A DNA stretch of 62,759 bases, filler included, from Octopus bimaculoides (taxonomy: Eukaryota), in assembly GCF_001194135.2 (NCBI RefSeq). It is 5 parts of 5 records of this genome, joined end to end, with 100 filler letters (N's around TTAATTAATTAA, not from the genome) between each part and the next. Parts side by side here need not be neighbours in the genome. Positions count along the whole stretch, not along the records: positions 53,617 to 59,921 come from NC_068997.1; positions 60,022 to 62,759 come from NC_069007.1; 3 more parts are not named here. One strand, written 5' to 3'. A model generated the notes under the pieces. It searched no databases and was not told where the DNA came from. It saw only the letters and a program-made list of their open reading frames with translations. Positions 54,267 through 62,759 of the stretch are shown piece by piece. Every line of letters starts with the position of its first letter. Within the stretch, counting starts at the first letter, position 1. Both the position numbers and the translations under genes were made by a program.

Positions 54267-55199
54267 TAATTTATATATTAATATCCTAAGGTCGAATGCG
54301 TTACGCTGTCATGTGGTTAGTTGAAGGGAAGGGCAAGAGAGAGAGAGATGAAGAGGAAGTGTGAAGTACTAAAGAGGAAAGTAATATTTATTATGTGATT
54401 GAAGGGAGTGATAAAGAGAAAGTGAGTTATAAATACATTGTTTCGTACAGGGCTGATGTTCTGGTGGTGATGTTAAAGAAATGCAGATAGAGAGAGAGAG
54501 AGAAGGGAGGTTACATTAAGAGTGAGAGGCAAATAAAGTGAAAGTAGTGACGCTAAGACATTCGATGCATCACGCAGTCAAGTGGATAGTGAAAGTGAGA
54601 GGTGAAGAGAAAGAGCAATGATAACCACCTGAAGAGGGGAATTACATGGTTAAAACGTTTGTTGAAGTTAAAGATAGAGAGAAAAAGAGGAGATAGAAAT
54701 ATAAAGTGTTTAGCAGAGGGAAATTTTAAACATTACATATTGCTGTGATTGACAAGGAAATAACATTTGAATATTAAATTTTTTGTATCTCCTATCTGTC
54801 GATCTATTTATCTATCTATTCGCATTGACAAAAACATTGCTGGGTGGACGGCGGAAAGAATATATGTGATATAATAATAAACTTATCATAGATAGATAAT
54901 TTTTTTCAATGAAAGTGAAATAACTTTAATAAATAAATAGCCGTGAATGTTATTTTTTTATATTTGTTATTCGAACTTTGTATTGTCAGACTAGATAGAG
55001 ACAGTAGATACGAACAAATATTTGAACTGAACTGAAATGGAAATAATCTTGTTTGAGAAGCAACGAAGACTGAGCTTTATTACTGAAAACTATAATGGCG
55101 GTGGTGGTGATGGCGGTGGTGGTGGTGGTGGTGGGGTGACAGTGGTGATGATGATGGTGGTGGAGGTGGCGGTGGTGTGTGGAGAGTGAAAGTGTAGTC

Positions 55200-55976
55200 T
55201 CTTCTATTGAACTAAATTTTTTATATTGCCCATCACTTAACGCATGCGCATAAGTGCAATTTTTTGTCGTCAGCTCGCTTGAAAATTGATATTTGTTTGT
55301 AAAATATAGATAACAGACGATGTACGCAAACAAGAGAAAAATGAAACGGTACAGGCAACGACATAAAGAGAAGCAGAGGGTCGAATCAGAAGAACGGGAA
55401 GCAGCAGCGTAGAAGAGAAAATGTGAATCAAAGAGAATGTAATATACAGATAAGAGAACATGCTCAAGAAAAAACAAGGCCAGCACTTTCAAATGAGGCG
55501 GTAAGTCGATTGTATTGATTCCAGTGCTCAACTGGTACTTATTTTATCGACTCCCAAAAGATTGAAAAGGCAAGTTGACGTCGACGAAATTTGAGCTCAG
55601 AACATAAAGACGGATGAAATGCTGCTACGCTTTTTATCTGGATAGCTAACCATTCTGCCAGCTCGCCGCCTTAATAATAATGAGTGAGAAAGCCAAAAGA
55701 AAAAAATAACTGTAAACATATGGTTGAAAGTTACAACATTGGTGACATGGATATCCTCTGTAATCATTGTGAAATTCTGAGATTTATAAACAATCCTTTG
55801 AACTACTGAGAGAATAGAAAAGTCATTCTCCCTCAATTACAGAACTGAAAGGTTTTTTTTAATGAAAATAATGCAGAATATACAATTTCAAAAGAAACAC
55901 TAATAATTATGGTTCTATAGAAACTTTCAAAGATATAAAAAAATTGGTACCGTGGAATTGCCACGGGTACTGCTAG
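55200..55976 (+). mobile_element. Internally deleted Helitron with a RepHel N-terminal remnant
   Basis: 3' end has a perfect hairpin ccgtgg-aattg-ccacgg (55950-55966), then CTAG (55973-55976) followed by T. From 55720 the frame reads MVESYNIGDMDILCNHCEILRFINNPLNY*ENRKVILPQL, like YxLGxMxxxCxxCxAL...CCxxGKVxLPxL, and later NFKRNTNNYGS. A charged ORF remnant starts at 55320. The 5' TC end is uncertain. Confidence 0.75.
55476..55670 (-). mobile_element. SINE family C copy nested inside the Helitron
   Basis: C head and body on the minus strand, with a truncated tail. Confidence 0.85.
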
Positions 55977-55994
55977 TAATAATAATCATAAAAA

Positions 55995-56207
55995 TGGGTT
56001 CAAATTACAGCACGAGGCCAACACTTTCAAGTGATGTGGTAAATCGATTGTATTGACCCCAATGCTCAACTGGTACTTATTTTATCGTCCTCGAAAGATT
56101 GAAAAGGCAAGTCGACGTCGGCGAAATTTGAGTTCAGAACATAAAGACAGATGAAATGCTGCTACGCATTTTATCTGGCTTGCTAGCCATTTTACCAGCT
56201 CACCGCC
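55995..56207 (-). mobile_element. SINE family C copy just downstream of the Helitron
   Basis: Has the full tail and shares private substitutions with 55476-55670. Confidence 0.85.
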
Positions 56208-56259
<52 letters not shown>

Positions 56260-56263
<4 letters not shown>

Positions 56264-56460
56264 AAACAATAAATCATATTATCTCTGGCTGCCCAGTCCT
56301 CGCTAAGAAGGAATATATTCACAGACACGACAGGGCTGGGACCTACATACACTGGAAGCTATGCCAACACTATGGAATAACAACAGAAAAAAGATGGTAT
56401 AGGCACACGTCAGAAAAGGTCACAGAAAACGAGAAAGCAACCATACTCTGGGATATGCCA
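56260..56460 (+). mobile_element. 5'-truncated R4/Dong-like LINE (zinc-knuckle region) within (TAA)n; continues into a gap
   Basis: Open frame QKTINHIISGCPVLAKKEYIHRHDRAGTYIHWKLCQHYGITTEKRWYRHTSEKVTENEKATILWDMP. (TAA)n lies at 56208-56259 and again at 57332-57390. Confidence 0.9.
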
Positions 56461-57331
56461 NNNNNNNNNNNNNNNNNNNNNNNNNNNNNNNNNNNNNNNN
56501 NNNNNNNNNNNNNNNNNNNNNNNNNNNNNNNNNNNNNNNNNNNNNNNNNNNNNNNNNNNNNNNNNNNNNNNNNNNNNNNNNNNNNNNNNNNNNNNNNNNN
56601 NNNNNNNNNNNNNNNNNNNNNNNNNNNNNNNNNNNNNNNNNNNNNNNNNNNNNNNNNNNNNNNNNNNNNNNNNNNNNNNNNNNNNNNNNNNNNNNNNNNN
56701 NNNNNNNNNNNNNNNNNNNNNNNNNNNNNNNNNNNNNNNNNNNNNNNNNNNNNNNNNNNNNNNNNNNNNNNNNNNNNNNNNNNNNNNNNNNNNNNNNNNN
56801 NNNNNNNNNNNNNNNNNNNNNNNNNNNNNNNNNNNNNNNNNNNNNNNNNNNNNNNNNNNNNNNNNNNNNNNNNNNNNNNNNNNNNNNNNNNNNNNNNNNN
56901 NNNNNNNNNNNNNNNNNNNNNNNNNNNNNNNNNNNNNNNNNNNNNNNNNNNNNNNNNNNNNNNNNNNNNNNNNNNNNNNNNNNNNNNNNNNNNNNNNNNN
57001 NNNNNNNNNNNNNNNNNNNNNNNNNNNNNNNNNNNNNNNNNNNNNNNNNNNNNNNNNNNNNNNNNNNNNNNNNNNNNNNNNNNNNNNNNNNNNNNNNNNN
57101 NNNNNNNNNNNNNNNNNNNNNNNNNNNNNNNNNNNNNNNNNNNNNNNNNNNNNNNNNNNNNNNNNNNNNNNNNNNNNNNNNNNNNNNNNNNNNNNNNNNN
57201 NNNNNNNNNNNNNNNNNNNNNNNNNNNNNNNNNNNNNNNNNNNNNNNNNNNNNNNNNNNNNNNNNNNNNNNNNNNNNNNNNNNNNNNNNNNNNNNNNNNN
57301 NNNNNNNNNNNNNNNNNNNNNNNNNNNNNNN

Positions 57332-57390
<59 letters not shown>

Positions 57391-57396
57391 TTCTTA

Positions 57397-57806
57397 GGCG
57401 CAGGAGTGGCTGTGTGGTAAGTAGCTTGCTCACCAACCACATGGTTCTGGGCTCAATCCCAGTGCGTGGCACCTTGGGCAAGTGTCTTCTTCTATAGCCT
57501 CGGGCCGACCAAAGCCTTGTGAGTGGATTTGGTAGACGGAAACTGAAAGAAGCCCGTCGTATACATGTATATATATATGTGTGTGTGCGTATATGTATAT
57601 GTTTGTGTGTCTGTGTTTGTCCCCCCCAGTATCGCTTGACAACCGATGCTGGTGTGTTTACGTCCCCGTAACTTAGCGGTTCGACAAAAGAGACCGATAG
57701 GATAAGTACTAGGCTTACAAAGAATAAGTCCTGGGGTCGATTTGTTCGACTATAAAGGCCGTGCTCCAGCATGGCCGTAGTCAAATGACTGAAGGAAGTA
57801 AATAAG
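57397..57806 (+). mobile_element. SINE family B, full length
   Basis: Colinear with 21614-22061. Confidence 0.9.
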
Positions 57807-58147
57807 TGACAAAAAGACCAAGGATTTGCAGATAAGACGTATTTACGCAGTTGTTTTTTTATAAATTCCTGAAGAACTGAGAACTTTTATTTCAGCAAAA
57901 TTTGAACCCAGAACGCAAGGAACGCGACTTAATATCACGAGCTTTTCCCCCAGTACCCTTCCGAATACGCTATAGCTACAACAAGAATTTCTAACATAAG
58001 CACTACGCAAGAAATTTTGGCAAAACGGTTTGACGATACCCATTACTGGATACAAATTTGGTCTTGATTCAGAATGTAAAGAACCACACACTGCATTGTG
58101 TTTTACTCGAACGATTCTAGGTTCTGATTTATATACAAGTCCAGTCA

Positions 58148-58328
58148 TTTAAAGGGGAGGGAGTTAATCGATAATACCATCGACCCCTAGTACTTAACAG
58201 ATATTTCATCTTATCGATCTTGAAAGCATGAAAAGCAAAGTTGATCTCGACGAGATTTGAATTCGTAAAGCAAGGATTTAGAAGTAATACCGCAAAGCGT
58301 TTTTGCCGACATTGTAACGCTCCTGCCA
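58148..58328 (-). mobile_element. SINE family C, degenerate
   Basis: aatcgataataccatcgaccc...gcatgaaaagcaaagttgatctcgacgagatttgaattc. Confidence 0.7.
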
Positions 58329-58330
58329 TA

Positions 58331-58389
<59 letters not shown>

Positions 58390-58740
58390 CTAATGATAAT
58401 AATAATTTCAAACGAAAACAACAAGCAGGAGAATAACGGAAAAAAATACAGAAAAAATTTAGCATTAAACAAAGAAAACAAATCATTCTGGAAATAGAAA
58501 ACGCTTTTTTTCTATCCATATTTCATCCTGTTACTATTCACAGTTGCTTGACATATTGTGGACCGTCTGCTTAGTGAATTAAGTAAAGGACTGCGGTCGC
58601 CATCTTCAATACACGTCGTCTGCTTCTCACAATAGTCGACATTAGCTTAATAGAATTACACACGTCATATGTTGTCTTTTCTGATGTATTTATTCAAAAA
58701 CATTCACAAACACATACACCGTTGATCGTTATCATTTGTC

Positions 58741-58780
<40 letters not shown>

Positions 58781-59880
58781 CACACATNNNNNNNNNNNNN
58801 NNNNNNNNNNNNNNNNNNNNNNNNNNNNNNNNNNNNNNNNNNNNNNNNNNNNNNNNNNNNNNNNNNNNNNNNNNNNNNNNNNNNNNNNNNNNNNNNNNNN
58901 NNNNNNNNNNNNNNNNNNNNNNNNNNNNNNNNNNNNNNNNNNNNNNNNNNNNNNNNNNNNNNNNNNNNNNNNNNNNNNNNNNNNNNNNNNNNNNNNNNNN
59001 NNNNNNNNNNNNNNNNNNNNNNNNNNNNNNNNNNNNNNNNNNNNNNNNNNNNNNNNNNNNNNNNNNNNNNNNNNNNNNNNNNNNNNNNNNNNNNNNNNNN
59101 NNNNNNNNNNNNNNNNNNNNNNNNNNNNNNNNNNNNNNNNNNNNNNNNNNNNNNNNNNNNNNNNNNNNNNNNNNNNNNNNNNNNNNNNNNNNNNNNNNNN
59201 NNNNNNNNNNNNNNNNNNNNNNNNNNNNNNNNNNNNNNNNNNNNNNNNNNNNNNNNNNNNNNNNNNNNNNNNNNNNNNNNNNNNNNNNNNNNNNNNNNNN
59301 NNNNNNNNNNNNNNNNNNNNNNNNNNNNNNNNNNNNNNNNNNNNNNNNNNNNNNNNNNNNNNNNNNNNNNNNNNNNNNNNNNNNNNNNNNNNNNNNNNNN
59401 NNNNNNNNNNNNNNNNNNNNNNNNNNNNNNNNNNNNNNNNNNNNNNNNNNNNNNNNNNNNNNNNNNNNNNNNNNNNNNNNNNNNNNNNNNNNNNNNNNNN
59501 NNNNNNNNNNNNNNNNNNNNNNNNNNNNNNNNNNNNNNNNNNNATATATATATATATACAGAGAGAGAGAGAGAGAGAGAGAGATATGTACAAGCGTGTA
59601 TGGTGTGAGTATGTACATATACTTACATGCATATACACATGTACACGCATATGTCTGTGTATCTGTATGTCTGTGTGTCTGTGTATCTGTGTGTCTGTGT
59701 AATATACATACAAACACACACTTATATATATACATTATGAATTGTACATACAGTATATACATCAATAAATATATAGTATATATAAATATATAAGTATATA
59801 GTATAGTGTATGTATATATATAAATAAATATATATATATATACATGTATATAGTATATATATAAATATATATAGTATATA

Positions 59881-59921
<41 letters not shown>

Positions 59922-60024
59922 NNNNNNNNNNNNNNNNNNNNNNNNNNNNNNNNNNNNNNNNNNNNTTAATTAATTAANNNNNNNNNNNNNNNNNNNNNNN
60001 NNNNNNNNNNNNNNNNNNNNNATT

Positions 60025-60247
60025 TGTCCATCACCACCTCTTGAAAACCGGTGATGGTATGTTTATGTCCCCGCAACTTAGTGATTCGTCCATCTTTAGG
60101 TTCTGAGTTCAAATTTCGCCGAGGACACCTTTGCCTTTCATCCTTTCAGCTTCGACAAAATAATTACCAGCCGAACACTGGTGTCGACGCAATCGACTTA
60201 CACACTGCCCTGTAATTGCTAGCCCTGTACCGAAATTTGAAATCAAT
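60025..60247 (+). mobile_element. Chimeric SINE: family B middle joined to family C body and tail
   Basis: The B segment ttgaaaaccggtgatggtatgtttatgtccccgcaacttagtg switches to the C segment ttcgtccatctttaggttctgagttcaaatttcgccgagg...gaaatttgaaatc. Confidence 0.75.
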
Positions 60248-60678
60248 ATATGCATCTCAGATTTGAACTGTTATCCACAAGTACATCTAGGACTCAGATA
60301 ATATTTGATGCTATGAGAAGATCATTAGAAAAACAGAGGAAATGACTGTTTCGATACATTTACCTATTCTTCAAAATGGAGGAACTCAAATTTTCTTTCA
60401 TTTAGCAGTGTGTTGTTTTTCGCTTATCCGATGATCCAGCGTATAGATAAGAATAGCGGTCTGTTTGGTCACATAATCCCATGATAGTATACTGGAGTAG
60501 AGAGGCATCTGCAAATATTTTCATTCTACTATGTTAGTTGTCAATTATGTAAATAATAAACAGGAGTGGGCTCAAGGCAGTGCCCCAGGGGGAAACAATA
60601 ATAATTTCTGCTGGCTTTCAGTTAGCTCCTATCGATAATATCACGTGTTCTGTTTGTCAGAGAATATTCAACCTACGT

Positions 60679-60684
60679 GTATGC

Positions 60685-60736
<52 letters not shown>

Positions 60737-60831
60737 GTACATATATGTATATATACACATGCATACATATATATGTATATCTATGTATATATTTGTATAT
60801 CTATATATACATATATGTATATATACATACA

Positions 60832-60886
<55 letters not shown>

Positions 60887-60907
60887 GTAGATAAATATAC
60901 ACATAAG

Positions 60908-60942
<35 letters not shown>

Positions 60943-60985
60943 GTAGATAAATATACACATAAGTATATAAATATATACGTATGTA
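60679..60985. repeat. TA-rich microsatellite containing a ~40-bp tandem duplication
   Basis: tacacacatatgtagataaatatacacataagtata occurs twice. Confidence 0.85.
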
Positions 60986-61146
60986 TGTGTATGTGGATAC
61001 AGGTTGTGAGAATGTGTATGGGTATAAGCAGAAACTTGGTATGCCTGACACAACTTAGATACGCATTGATAAACACAAGCACAAACACTCAAACACGCAT
61101 ATACACAGGATGTATATGTATATGTATGTTTGTATGCATGTGTGTG

Positions 61147-61178
<32 letters not shown>

Positions 61179-61551
61179 CAGTTCTCATATGTTAAACTCT
61201 TTGGTCAAACCGTTCAAATGTTCAGTATTGTTAGTGGAAGTAGATAGACGTATTACTGAAGAGATTGCAGCAATGCGATGAAATAATTTTTTTCACAGAG
61301 AAAGATATGACAACACTAACAATACTGGACTTTAAGTTGGGCGTACTTCTTTGACGTCTGCACACATTACTTAAGAATATAGTTATTACACAAGTTATGG
61401 CCATTTTGAAACAGCTGTCGTTATAAGACTTTACATAACTTTTTCTTTTTTTAATCTGCATTTTGTCCTCCATACACACCTGTGTTTATCTGCCTTAATA
61501 CCACTCTCTCAGTCTTTATCTGTCTGTCTGTCTTTCTCTCTCTCTCTCTCT

Positions 61552-61617
<66 letters not shown>

Positions 61618-62567
61618 ATAGATTTTCACCAATCCGTGGGGAGCAGAAATATTCACCTGAGTATTCAATATAACAAGTAAGCTGGAGTTAGATTTTATTA
61701 TGCCGCGCCCGACAAAGAAACTGCAGTTCATTTCCGTAGTCCATGAATCCTCTGTTCAATTGCCTCTCTAATCGGGGTTCGTAAATCGGTAAATTTGGTT
61801 ATGGAGTCTGTAGATATTAATAAGTACGGAAAAACAGAAGAGCAATTTAGGTTCATACAACGTAAATATATTGAAGCAAACTAGACATTGGCGAAAGCCA
61901 ACAAATAGCTATAGAAAGGCAGAGGTAGGTAAGTTAGACATTGAGAAACGAGAAAGATATCTGATAATGTAAACTTGGGGCTGGAACATAAACAAGTTAA
62001 CAAGAATGCAGGACGTTTCTTCTTAGCAGATAAGAATGATAATTAGAAAGGCAAGCCAGCGATACGAAACCAGAGAGAAACAAATAAGGTCGGTCGCTCG
62101 CGAATCACCTGACGTAGAGGAGAAATTGAAGACGACAAGTAATGACATGAAAACATAGACAAATGAGAAAGAGAAAAATAATGATAGAACAAGTTGGAAG
62201 ACAACTGTAAGAATCCTTCACATCCCAGAATACAAATATACCTTGACAAAGATATAGAATATGGAATAATATATTCTGCAATATCCAAAAATATATTTAT
62301 ATATATAAAATTATATAAAATACATATGTATATGCGAGTGAGTGAGAGAGAAAGAGAGTGAGGGAGAGGTAGAGAGAGAGAGAAAAAGAATGAGAAAGAG
62401 AGATGTGGTTTAAATGTGTTCAACCTCTGTTTGCATAGGTTAAATTGGTTTCTCTTTTGGTCAGAAAAGAAGACTTTTTTAGGTCCTCCAAGAATGTTGG
62501 AGCGCAAGAAAGAGGCTACCCTCAAACCAATTCTATTACGCACGCACAAACACTTGTCTGTCTGTGT

Positions 62568-62609
<42 letters not shown>

Positions 62610-62633
62610 ACACACAGACACACACACACACAG

Positions 62634-62673
<40 letters not shown>

Positions 62674-62708
62674 GTAGACATGTATACATATATGTATGTA
62701 TATGTTAG

Positions 62709-62745
<37 letters not shown>

Positions 62746-62759
62746 GAATAACTATATAT

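Overview
Eukaryotic, AT-rich, repeat-dense draft-genome DNA with about 31 N-gaps (about 14% of the window by hand count). I found no supportable host protein-coding exon, tRNA/rRNA gene or CRISPR array. Nearly all long ORFs in the track are artefacts of N-runs or microsatellites. The SINE families and microsatellite load look like an octopus genome (inference from memory, not a database hit). Content: (i) about 25 copies of several tRNA-headed SINE families, called A, B, C and E here; (ii) three fragments of R2/R4-type LINEs with a restriction-like endonuclease, two of them tied to (TAA)n tracts as expected for Dong; (iii) CR1- and RTE-like LINE remnants; (iv) an internally deleted Tc1/mariner element with 30-bp TIRs; (v) an internally deleted Helitron holding a copy of its neighbouring SINE; (vi) two pieces of a Helentron/DINE-1-like element; (vii) hAT transposase C-terminal remnants; (viii) an unexplained ~185-bp inverted-repeat pair bounding ~2 kb. 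I see no convincing new multi-gene system. The best leads are the nested element cluster at 53.7-57.8 kb, the 38.7-40.7 kb inverted repeat, and the modular and chimeric SINE structure. All alignments and translations were done by eye.
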